Origin: Nemertoderma westbladi
Taxonomy: Eukaryota; Animalia; Xenacoelomorpha
Reading direction: 5' to 3'
Assembly (NCBI GenBank): GCA_032718475.1
Contig: JAUCBJ010008896.1
Span: forward strand, 124,001-188,000
DNA length: 64,000 bases
Part shown: piece by piece, positions 1-11,500 of the stretch
How positions within the stretch are numbered: position 1 is the stretch's first letter
Layout: each line of letters begins with the position of its first letter
The notes under the pieces: model-generated
The model's input: only the letters and a program-made list of their open reading frames with translations
Database searches by the model: none
What the model was told of the DNA's origin: nothing
Made by a program: the position numbers and the translations under genes

Positions 1-187
1 TTAAAAAACGCAATCACCTTTAATTTGGGTGATTGCTCAGATAAGTGAAAGGAGTAAGCCAAACCCGCGGTTTGTCTCCCCAATCATTTCCTTTGCCTCT
101 TTCAATAAACTTTAGAACAAATAAATCATATATATATATTGAGTCCAGTCAGGTATACATTTGTTGCCTACAATATACATGGATGTA

Positions 188-400
188 GGACAATTCGGTC
201 CCGGACAATTCGGTCCCGGACAATTCGGTCCGGACAATTCGGTCCCGGACAATTCGGTCCTGAACAATTCGGTCCCAAAACACTAAATAAATGAGACCGA
301 ATTGTCTGGGACCGAATTGTCCGGGACCGAATTGTCCAAGGACCGGATTGTCCTAGGACCGAATTGTCCGGGACCGAATTGTCCGGGACCGAATTGTCCG
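188..400. repeat. 15-bp tandem array (GGACAATTCGGTCCC) followed by an inverted array of the same unit; foldback/sub-TIR-type DNA transposon remnant
   Basis: About 6 forward copies at 188-277 and about 7 reverse-complement copies (GGGACCGAATTGTCC) at 293-400, separated by a short AT-rich spacer. Confidence 0.85.
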
Positions 401-942
401 GTTTAAAAATACTGTATTTTTTTTATTTTTGATATTGGTAGTGTTCGAGAACATTATTATATATTATTTATTAAGGTGTTTTACTTTTTTTAAGGTTTTA
501 AGGTGCTTTACTAGCTAGCATTTCCTTGAAATTATAAAAACACTTGTGAAAACATTGATATTTCAGAGTTAGGCCTAAACTGTTGCTGATTATATTAATT
601 ACCAACAATATTGATGATATTATAACAGTCCCTGAATGAGATCCAGCTATTATCTAGGATAATAATTTAGGCTTGTTAACCAACCAACAACACATACAGT
701 ATACTTACGCAGTATATAAAAAAAATCAGTTTTAAACATTTTAAATACATACTATTACTAGCTAGTAAATAATTCACAAGCTCCATAAAAACACCTAGCT
801 ACCATAAATAATAATGTTAACAAAAAAAAGTAAATTTTTTTTATTTTTGAAAAAATAATAGCTAGTAAAAAAAACACTATAGCTACCATATAGTAATATA
901 TATTAAGGTTCTAGAACATTCACCATTATATATTACCAATTA

Positions 943-1013
943 AATTTGGTCCCGGACAATTCGGTCCTGGACAATTCGGGCCCGGACAATTTGGCCCCGG
1001 ACAATTCGGTCCC
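943..1013 (+). repeat. Third array of the same 15-bp unit
   Basis: About 5 copies of GGACAATT(C/T)GG(T/G/C)CCC; ends abruptly at 1013. Confidence 0.85.
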
Positions 1014-1439
1014 ATGGTCCTACTAATACCAGTGGCGACTAAACCAACTGGCAAGGTTTCCCATACTCACTCGCAGTGGCCATACACACACTCACGTATA
1101 CACTCACGCACCCACAGCGACAAAGCTCATCTCAGACCCAAACAGACCCCAAAGAACAATCAGCTGAACATGGAGACAATAACATATAGTATCAAAACAG
1201 CTGATGGTCAATGGCCCACATCCAAGCCCCAAAGCTAACTGCCACTGCTCGCACACACACAGAACACAGATCACACCATGTGAAACCACAGATCATGCAA
1301 AGCCACCACCCCTACTGTGTACAGGACTAGCAGTACGGCAACAGGCCGACTAGACGGTACCACAGCACCATGTTGATTCATGGTTCGCTAGACACGAGGG
1401 CCTTCAGTGACTCCCTTGCACTATACAGAAAATTTAACG
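1014..1439 (-). repeat. Putative, truncated 3' LTR of element A
   Basis: Minus strand shows a PPT-like GAGGGTCTGGGGGCA followed by CGTTAAA (TGTT-like start) at 1439, just after the extra ORF stop. No second copy exists to confirm it. Confidence 0.35.
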
Positions 1440-1496
1440 TGCCCCCAGACCCTCACGAGTCCGCCGCCGCCTGTTAGTGGCACCCCTACAGAGACC

Positions 1497-3835
1497 TCAC
1501 CTCTTTAAGTACCACTTTCCTGGTCTCTGAAAATATTTCCCATTTGTAATTCTATCACAAATAGCGACAAAATTCCAAGTATATCTGTTGTCCATGTTGA
1601 TCTGCCGGAAATATGATCTAATAACCACAACTCCTGTATTCCTCAGAAGGTCTTGGGCAGTAAGCATTAACTCTTGATACTGTGGTAGCGATTGAAGATA
1701 GGGTCCGTACGCTACGTGTGACGGATCCACCGCCCAGAATCCATATCCTGCCTTAAACTGCAGCCACCGCATTTGGGCTTGGATGTGATAATCTGCCACT
1801 TCCTCCCACTTATCCAACATCTCTCGAAGCAGGTTGGCTCTATGGTTCTGAAAGGAGTCGTCGCGCAGCTGACACTTTGAGCTGCGGTATCCCTTCACCC
1901 CACAATATCCGCGCTGGGAAATAAACACGGTACACATGTAGAATGAATGGTCCGTCTCATTACGCCAATGGCAGACCTTGTGCACTGATTCGACCACAGT
2001 GTCATACATCTTCTGGCCATGTCTTGTGCTACCACACAGTTTGCATCTATGCGCTTGCGGGAACCAAGCACTCTCATATATGAGGTCTCCCTTCGGTCTC
2101 GCACTCCCTTCTTTCCCAATGTCTAGAACGATGTCATCTTCTCTGGTTAAGGGTTGCTGTTCTGGAACGAAGTAAGCATCGTCACCTTTGTTCTCAATTT
2201 CTAATATTTCCTCTCGTGTCCGTTTATGATATGTCTTCTCCACTGGAAGATCCATTCCGAACACCTCTACTAACGTATCAGGCCAACCCTCTTCCTTCTT
2301 CTCCCTAACCGGTCTGTCCGCGTCCAAGTTGACGGGAGTACCAAACCCGCGTGTTTGGTTTCTGAACCACTTCTCTAATGCTTCTGGCGTCGGATACTCC
2401 ATGGAAGTTCGATCTCCCAAGTCTCCAATGTTTTGTCGGTATACTCCCTCGAAGATCGCTAATCCCCTTCTGACCATGGATGTGTTGTCTAAAGATTGGT
2501 TGAAAAATGGGGTTATGAAACGCTTCATTACATCGGACTGAAATTCTCCCTTTGATCTGATGTATTGGTCTCCTCCAAACACCAACAGATGGCGCTTCAA
2601 AACTCTCACGACTATGTCTGTCATCAAGCAAGTTACCGTGTTTGACTCCAACACTATATAATACTGCAACGAAGCACGAATATAGTTCAAATGTTCAAAT
2701 ATAGCAATGCTTGTCGCTTGAAATGGGATTTGAACTCAGCTCCTGGCGGCGTGTTATATTCACTGTACGCCTCCTTATACTTCTTATGCGTCTTCAACTT
2801 CAAATCCCAATTATACAATAAGTGCGCTATAAAACCCATACGAGTCTTGGCAGAATTAGGCGTGGGTTACGCCATCGGCTGCACGAATTTGAATACATTT
2901 ACTCGTTAGGCATTCTGGATGAGACCCTCCCTCATTATCATAGAACATCAATCACCAGTTTTCCAAGGATTCATCCGTCTTCCTCCACTGACGTTGTATT
3001 TCGTTGGATGGGGTCCATATGCGCTCAATGGTCTTAGGGTCGTCATACTGTGGGTATAGGAACCCTTTCTCCTCAACCATGCTTGGTCCACCTCCTCATC
3101 ATCTGGGAATGTAGCCACCATAACCCATACCTTTATGTATTTATCTAACCAACCGAATAACCTACTCTCTCTCCCTGGGGCTCCAATCTTTTCCAAGGTG
3201 TCGTAGTCTGTAATTTGTATCGGAACATCATTCAGGAACTTCGCGCATAAGGCTTTCCTTAAGCAGTCCACGTTCCCATGATCCGCTAACGTCACCATCG
3301 GTAAGAACCGAATGGCTTCTCACGCTTCTGGATGATCTACCAACATCGCAGCTTCATTACTACTGGAATAATACACTGGCCTAGGTTGAGATATAGGTTG
3401 TGGAACGAATCCAGTATCTCTCCTTGTCTCTTCTTGGTGTCTATCCGCAGTCTTATTGTACTCGGCTATGCGTTACACGAAAAATTGTTTCGCCTTTGCC
3501 ACTCGTTCTTCTTGTCGTAACGTGTCTATCTCGTCCTGGTGCTCAGATGTGAGCTTCTTATCCGGATGTGGCAAAGTGAATGTAGACCAGGGACTCGAGA
3601 GTTCCAAACACGCGGGTTTGGTGCTCGAGTCATGTGCCGCTTCGCACCGCGCCTCCAGGTCTTTGTACGCTCGATAAAGCGAAATGGCAGCTCGGAGGTC
3701 TCTTTTCGCTAAAATCGATGCTTATCATTGGATTACTCATCAGGTAACCTCTTTCATTGTTCCTAAGAAACTGGTGCGCCTTACACTGCATTAATATCGG
3801 CTCGGGATTTAGCTCGTTTATGCGATTTAGCTTGT
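1497..3835 (-). pseudogene. Long extra ORF of unknown function downstream of the integrase (~750-780 codons when repaired; last 397 aa open)
   Basis: The frame of ORF 2948..3298 extends to ~3718 and down to ~2695 with only isolated TAA/TGA stops. Removing one copy of an 8-bp duplication (ATTTGAAC x2, ~2685-2700) joins it in frame to ORF 1497..2690. Contains CKLC-x4-H and further Cys/His residues. Confidence 0.65.
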
Positions 3836-5220
3836 TTATTCATACAAATTATAGTCTTCTGTCTCAATGCGCGTTTCCTCTAATAACACAATGTCTTGCA
3901 CCTGTCTGTCCAAGGTGTGTAAACCCTTGGTTTTACACATTTTCTTATTTGGACACTTGCACCTCACTTTGAATGTAACAGTGCGTACTACATCCTGTAC
4001 GTCCGGGTGTACATGCAAGATTATGCCGGTTTCCCAGTATTTTATCTTTAAGATTGGTTCGGTTATTAATACATAGTCCCCTCTTCGGAGGCTACGAACC
4101 GTTTTGTACCACTTGGATCTGGTTGATATTGTGGGAAGATAGTATTCCCGCCAATATTCCCACAAGGTACATGCTATAAGTTGGGTTATCTTCCAACTTT
4201 TCCGACTATATAAGTCGCTACTAACAGGCTCTGATTCCGGTGCAAGGAATGCTGGATTCTGCATAAGCAGATGATTTGGTCTCAACGTAACACCATCTGG
4301 TAACATAGCTATCAGCCTCGAATTTAGAGTATGTTCGATTTCAGTGAAAGCTGTTACCAACTCGTCGTCTGTCAACTGTTTATTCACAGGCTTTGTCTTG
4401 GCTATGGCCTGTTTTATGGAGCGAACAAGGCGCTCCCAACTTCCACCTCTCCAAGGACTTTCTGGAGTGTTGAAGTTCCACTCTATTCTCTGCGGCAAAA
4501 GTGCTGCAGAGATTTCCTTGTTTTGTGCTGCCCTTGAGCTGTATTTAGCTCGCTATCTCCTCCGACAAAGTGGTACCTTTATCGGAGAAGAATGCTTTTA
4601 CTAACCCTCTCCTGGCCATGAATCTCTTCAAAGCCAGGAGTAGAGATTTGGTTGACATGTCTGCTATACGTTCTATATGCACGGCTCTGCTAGCCATACA
4701 TATCAATAGCAGGCCCCACCTCTTGTGGGTCAGTCGTCCACTCTTTGCCTCAATCGGGCCAAAACAATCCACTCCCGTGTTCGTGAATAGTGGATCATAT
4801 GCCTGTACTCTCGCTTTCGGGAGTTCAGCCATTTCCTGTTCCAATACTCTGGCGTTTACTCTCTTACAAACCAGACAGGCGTCATACATTGTACCTACCG
4901 CCTTGCTTGGCTGTAACAGAATAAATCGCCTTGCTTGGCTGTAACAGAATAAATCGCTGTCTCGCTGCCGACAAGCAGTGTAACCTTCCCGCGTGATGTA
5001 GCCTCTTATGTATATCCCATAGAATCGCTCTTTGCAATTCTATTGGCTGACTAGGGATTATCTCTGGGAACCTAAACTGTGAGTTTACGTCGACAGTTTG
5101 GATTCTTGATCTATGACAAATCAAACCCTTATATATTAGTGGACTCCACTTCTTGAAGGGTTTATAAAGAACTGGTTGTTGAGCCGATAATAGATTGAAT
5201 TCTTTTGGAAAAGCAAACAT
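3836..5220 (-). pseudogene. BEL/Pao integrase, frameshifted into three ORFs
   Basis: IHKRLHHAG...CLVC zinc finger; FTNTGVDCFGP...HKRWGLLLICMASRAVHIE...FMARRG...SDKGT; WNFNTPESPWRGGSWERLVRSIK; LRPNHLL...WEYWREYYLP...RSKW...GDYVLI. Confidence 0.93.
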
Positions 5221-5241
5221 ATTATTATTATATTATTATTA

Positions 5242-6587
5242 TTAAAACATACAGAATATTTCTGACGTGGCCGATGATAAATACGTCCTCGCACTGGTTG
5301 ACAAGCTATCAGTGGTGAATCCCTGGCAGGTTACCTCCCTCGTGCTCACTTCACCATCCTCATCCGACGAACCTGGTTGATATCCATCGTCTAGGATGCC
5401 GGCGTACGTATTCTTCCTTATCGTCACGGGATGTCTGCTTCCCTTCCTTTGATGATTCCTTTGTAAATAACGGTCTGTTGGAGTATGGAAATCCGCATGT
5501 AACAGCTTGTGATATAATCTGCCCCACTCCACACATCCGTCTTTACTGTTTGGGCACTGGATCCGTATGTGACCTGGATCAATGCATGCCCAACAGGTGT
5601 CTAATGTCCGCACTTGAACCCTTCTCTGTTCTGAAGTCAGCTCCTTGAAGCGTCTACAGCTGTCTAACTTATGATCGTCTGATCTTACCTCCTTTAGTAG
5701 GCAGAATTGACAAACTGCAAATCCATCCGGCAACTCCTATTGCTTTGTCCTATGTCTATCTGACCTCTCACCTGACCATACTCGCGAGTCTGGTCTGAAG
5801 GCAGGGGTACTCGGATTGTATTTGTCTATCGAGTTAAACGTTATAGTCGATTTTTCCTCGTCAAAACTCACCATTGACCTTCCAATAGCAGGCTTGGTCT
5901 CTCTCATGTTTTCTTCTGAGAAGTTCGACTTCATCTCTGCTACCGCGTCTGTGGCTATCATGTCGTGAATATGTCTGAGCGTCAACACTTTGTCCTGGCC
6001 CTCCAGTTTATTCTCTAATTTTTGCCACTGTTGTCGATAATGCATGTTTAGGCGTCTTATTATACTTTTTAAGACTTCTGCGTGATTACCATGATGGGAT
6101 AGATTCACCGTCTTTAAAATATCTAAGGCATTCGAGATGGCGTTGGCTAAGTTCAACAGCTCCAATGGGGTTGTAATTTTTCCGCCCTTGCCCAAATCTT
6201 CTACTATCGACTGCGCCATTTTGGTTTTATTCCCATTAATGTTGCTCAGTGTCTTCATTGCTAATTCAAATGCTCTTTCATTACCGACGAAATTATCAGC
6301 AATGGCTCTCAGTTCTCGATGGAGCATTTGTAATAGGTAATTGAGTTTTTCATTGGGGATAAAGGTACTATTGGTCAACTGCTCGTCGACATATGTTTTA
6401 AACGTCCTCCAATGCTTATGGTTGCCCATAAACTGTTGTTGTTATCTGGTTGTTGCGCTGGCAATCCCTGCCTGGCGGCAAACTTACCAATGTCCCTGAT
6501 GGTGGCGTCATTCCGGGTCATCAAGTTGGTCATGTCTGCAGGGTTGTTGAGTCTGGTCCCTTCCCGACAGTTCATACTTACCTGCAA
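5242..6587 (-). pseudogene. BEL/Pao gag (DUF1759-like domain plus three zinc knuckles), broken
   Basis: KF-x-GN...W-x-TF...EKLNYLLQML pattern; CQFC...H...C, CWACIDPGHIRIQC and CVEWGRLYHKLLH; stop at 5737 and a frameshift near 6430. Confidence 0.88.
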
Positions 6588-7862
6588 GTGCGATAGTCCT
6601 TCTTCCCTTCCGGTTTTAGGACTTCTGACACCTCAAATCTTCCTCTTCAGTGTCGTGTCAGTTCAGTGTCGTTTCTCTGATCTCATAGCGGTTTACGCAT
6701 GAAGCTCTAATCCAAGCTTCTTTTATAAATCATTCGTCCAAGTGCAAGAAATCGGTTTTAGGTCCTCTTCCGTAGGGGTTATCCTACAGTCCTACTAATC
6801 TACTAATTTTAGACTAGAATATCTCCTACTGAAAAGTCCAGTAGTATACCGCCTACCGGATCCTAGTAACGATGTACCTTACTGTAGAATCCAGCAGTGT
6901 ATATGGGCTCGTACAGTATCTGACAATAAATCCCAGTCCAGGGTGTCTAAACAAACAGATACTAAGTACACAAACTACTACTAGCGAGGGAATGGAGCCT
7001 GATGTCTATTCTAATACATGGGCGAGTCAAATGCCCAGGCGAACTAGACAAAACAGGATACCCAGCCTCTAACCGGTGAGGCAGATGTACAGTCTACTGA
7101 TACAGACCAAACTCACGGGAAAACAATCCCCGCGCAGCGAATCCTAACTATCGCTAATGGACCTAAATACTGTAAACTTGCTGCGTTGTAATTTATATGG
7201 TTTATATATGAGCTAGTGGATCAACAGACTAGCGTATCAATTCGGCCTAGACCTACCTAGAATGTAACCAATGCCTCTTAACCTATCTGACCACTGCGCC
7301 AATAGAATCACCAGTGAACTTATAACTACTAATAGGAAGTAGGCATATTACAACTACTACAAATCAAGGCAAATATTTCGGATTTAGAAAGTTTTTACGT
7401 GGTACTGTAGATATCTACTTAACAGTGAAAAAAACCAACAATCGGGATTATGGATCGTAGGAATGGGTATTCTTACCTGAGGCCCTTGTATCGTCGCCTC
7501 CGATATTCGAACTCGTGCGCCAGACTGGGCTTCACCTTGTTCTTGTCTTCTGGGATTAGAATTAGTCCTTACCTGGGCTGCTTCTCTTAACTGTAAGTTG
7601 CTAAGCATGTCCATTATAGGTTGGATGTGCGGCGATATAGCTTGCGCTAGACTGGGGCTTAGATCCTCCCTCGTGATGAATTCCTGGCTAGCTAGGGTTC
7701 CGCTGAGCTATTGGCTATATTTGGGTAAGCCTTTACCTTTCATACGATCCTTCTTCTGGTTTAACCCAGAAGTTTTCCTTCAAACTGGGTCGACGATTGT
7801 AAGCAGATTCAATTCCACCGCATTACCCTCCAGCAAATAGGATGGTGGCATTTTCAGCAATA

Positions 7863-8228
7863 TGTTGGAGATACGAGATTAGCAATATCAATCTCGTATC
7901 ACAACCAACATTTGGGGGGGGGGGGCAACACAAGCCCCGAAGCCACACACAAAGGAAGGTTAGAGGTCAAACTACCTCCGAGGGGACACAGATAGCAGAG
8001 GCTAGCAACAGAGGGGAAACACTCCCAGAGAGTGAAAGGGTGAGAAGTGGAACATTAGGGCAAAGGAGAGCATCCACTAGGTAGCAGGCCAAGGTAGCGT
8101 AGGAGTGAAGTAATATTGGTATATCAATCATATATTATCTCCTGCTACCGGTTTGTGATTCAGTTTAGTTAGTTACCCAGTTTCAGTGCAGACGGGTAAT
8201 ACCGGTTTTACCGTCACCATCAACAACA
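7863..8228 (+). repeat. Putative 5' LTR of element B
   Basis: Bounded by TGTTG...CAACA, followed by TTGG (PBS-like start), upstream of the gag-like ORFs; single copy only. Confidence 0.45.
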
Positions 8229-8518
8229 TTGGCTGTATTCAGTTTACTATTACCGGTACCAAGTATTATTGTCATCCGCTACCATATTAACATCATATTA
8301 ACTGTGCTATCACTATTATATTAGACCGCCGAGCAACAACATTAACTCTGAACGCTTTTCTCCAACGGCCTCGGCCAAGCAATCAGTGACACTATCCCAG
8401 CCTGCGGTGACGCATACGAAACAACCTACCTGGTCGGGATCTCTGATCCCGTTACAGTAAAACAATACCAACTGCCATCGAACTGTGACTGCTAAGAAGC
8501 CAAGAGAAAGTAAAGAGA

Positions 8519-11500
8519 ATGAGCCAAGGAGAACCCCGACTATCAGAGGGAGAGAGGACACCACCGCAGACCCCAGACGACACCAACCAAACAATCCGCG
8601 AGGCCGCGACGCGACAGTATCGAACTGCGACGCCGGATTTGCCGACGAGGGACGATCCGGTACCCCAAGCGGAGGGTGGCCGTCAACCACGAGGGAGGGA
8701 CGAGTCTATGCACGACGGCCGTCGGAGTACCGAAGTCGCCAGCCAGCCACAGGCCGAGGGCGACGGACGGCCCACCGGAACGGTGACGGTGGGGCCGCTG
8801 GTACGACGCCGAACGAGGAGAGGAGGAGGAGATATCGGCGAAGAGGACGTCGGGACAAGCGATCGGCTACGACGGGCCTACAACGCCATGTAGAAACTGC
8901 TGAAGGAAGCCAGAGAGGGAGGAAAGGTAAACCAGCCTAAGTTACACCAATGGCTAGGTGAGTCGAACAAACATTTTCGGTATTTGGTCCATTTTGGGCA
9001 GGGAGAACTGGTGAGTGAGAGAGCAAGGGGGGTTGCCACCGAACTATTTGAACTCTGGCGATCCGGGGTTATGGAGCCTGAAGTAGTGTACGTAGGGCTG
9101 TACTTAGTGGATGCCAGGGGAATTAAGTTAGTGGGTTGGGCGGATCCGCACGAGGGCGAACCCGAGGTTAACCCCGAGGATTCGGTCTTGTCGGTTAGCG
9201 AGAACCCCAGAAAGCGGGGGAAAGTTAGTAGGACAGAGAGGTGACGGGAGTCCGTCGCGACCGATAAGTCCGCTACATCCTCCGCGAAAGCAAGGTGGCG
9301 CTAGACCAGAAAGAATTAGAGAGGCAGTTGGATAAGGGAACTGCGTTGTTAGAGAAAGAGAGAGTGTTGGCGAGGGAGTGTAGAGAGAGGGCCGAGAGGG
9401 TGGCGAAGAACTGTAGAGAGCAAGAAGAGAGAGAGAAAGAGGAACGTAAAGAGCGAGAGGCAGGAGTAGAGAACGAGCGTAAAGAGCGAGAGACGAGAGT
9501 AGAGAAAGAGCGTAAAGAGCGAGAGACGAGAGTAGAGAAAGAGCATAGAGAGCGGGAGGCGAGAGTAGAGAGCGAGCGTAGATAGCGGGTGGCGAGAGAA
9601 ACAGAGTTAGCAAACCAGAGTTTATGAGAGGATAGAGAGAGAGAGAGAGCGGGAAAGCGCATGCGGAATGATATGCATGCCCGGTTGAGGGAGCTTATGC
9701 AATATCAGGCCAAGCAGAAGCGCCGACTAGAACTGGCGCAATTGGGATTATCTGAGAGTGAGGCTGGCTCGGGTAGTATTTACGAGGAGCCAGAAGTAAT
9801 GGAGACATTTGTTAATACCCCACTTACAGGCACTGGATGACAGACCCAAGAATGGTGTAACCGTACGGGCGGGGGGGGGGGGGGGGGGTAACAATAATAC
9901 GTTAGAGGGCATTAATATTAATAGTACCGTAGTAGACAACCCTAATCAAACTTTCATTGCAGGAAATATGTTTTACCCGGTAGTAAAAATTTAAATTCAA
10001 GTAATCCTGATTTTAATTTAAATATACAAAATAATCCTGATTCTAATTTAAATATACAAAATAATAACCCTAATCTAAACACAAAAAATAATTCAAATAA
10101 TAATTTCAATTCAAATATACAAAATAACCCAAATAATCCTAATTTAAATATACAAAGTAATTCAAATAATTATAATTTAAATACGCAGAATAATTTATAT
10201 AATTCAAATAATTTAGATGGTAATATTGTTGATAACGGTGCTATTAATATGAACGCAGAAAGTATAGGTGGTCCGACCAGCGAGAGCCTGCAAGGCCACG
10301 TAGTTCGTACGCAGGGAGTAGCGGGGGTGAGTCACCCCGACGGGAGCCTGCAAGGCCACATAGTTAGGCAGGGAGTAGCTGGGGTGAGTCAACCCAACGG
10401 GAGCCTACCTGGCCACGCAGTTGCACAGTGAGAGGCAGGGGTGAGTAGACCCAGCCGCAATAGAGACAGTGCGTCGACTAGAGAGGGGCGTAGAAGCGAA
10501 GTAGGAGGTAGTGAAGTAAGAAGTGGCGAGTGGGGGGGGGCGGGGGGGGGGGGGGGGCTACGGGCGCCCCACCATGGGAGATTAGTGGTGAGAGGGGGGG
10601 GGGGGCAGAGAATGTCCCACAAAAGAGGCGTAGAAGCGAAGTAAGAGGTAGTGAAGTAAGAAGTGGCGAGTGGGGGGGGGGGGGCTACGGGCGCCCCACC
10701 ACGGGAGATTAGTGGCGAGAGGGGGGGGGGGGTGGGGGCAGAGAATATCCCACAAGAGGGGCGTAGAAGCGAAGTAAGAGGTAGTCAAGTAAGAAGTGGC
10801 GAGTGGGAGGGGGGGGGCTACGGGCGCCCCACCATGAGAGATTAGTGGTGAGAGGGGGGGGGGGCAGAGAATGTCCTACAGGCGTCGGCGGATAATGCGC
10901 GGGGCGAGTTAGGTGAACCGCAGCACCCGACGACGGAGAATAGTAGGGAGATGGCGAGTATCCCCAGGAGCGTCCACCCGGGGAGAGAGAGAGATGTTGA
11001 CGCCGAGAGTGGGCGAGCGAGAAGACCTCAGTCAGAAGAGAGAAGAAGAACAGTGGAGTTTAACCGGGAAGTCGAAGAGAGATCTCATGAGCGGGATCGC
11101 TACACTGAAGAGAGAAGAAGTGAAGAGAATAGAAGAAGCATTGCTACGAGCAACCGGAGAACAAGGACAGACAGTGAACCGTCGGTAGTAGAGATGGAGT
11201 TAGGAAGTCAGTGGGGTCGAACTCCGGGAGATTGCCGTCGCCCCGGAGAGACACACCATACACCAGAAGAAGGGTACAGGATGTACCGGTACGAGGACGA
11301 GAACAGGAGAGGGGATCGAAGAGAAACTTCCCACGGGATATAGCTGCCGATCGAGAGTACGGTAGTCGCGGGGAGGACTTCTTGGAATATTCGAGAAGAT
11401 TAAACTTTGGTCCAGAAGGATACAGGCAGACTGCAGGACATACTGTAGGCCTTACTGCACATACTATAGGCCATGCTGGAAGAGATAGTGTAGGCGATAG

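Larger units (their letters stand above)
1014..7862 (-). mobile_element. BEL/Pao LTR retrotransposon A, degenerate: gag, deleted PR-RT-RH, integrase, long extra 3' ORF
   Basis: Collinear minus-strand DUF1759-type gag, three zinc knuckles, integrase zinc finger, core (GVDCFGP, SDKGT, WRGGSWERLV) and DUF5641-type C-terminus. Outer boundaries are approximate. Confidence 0.85.
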
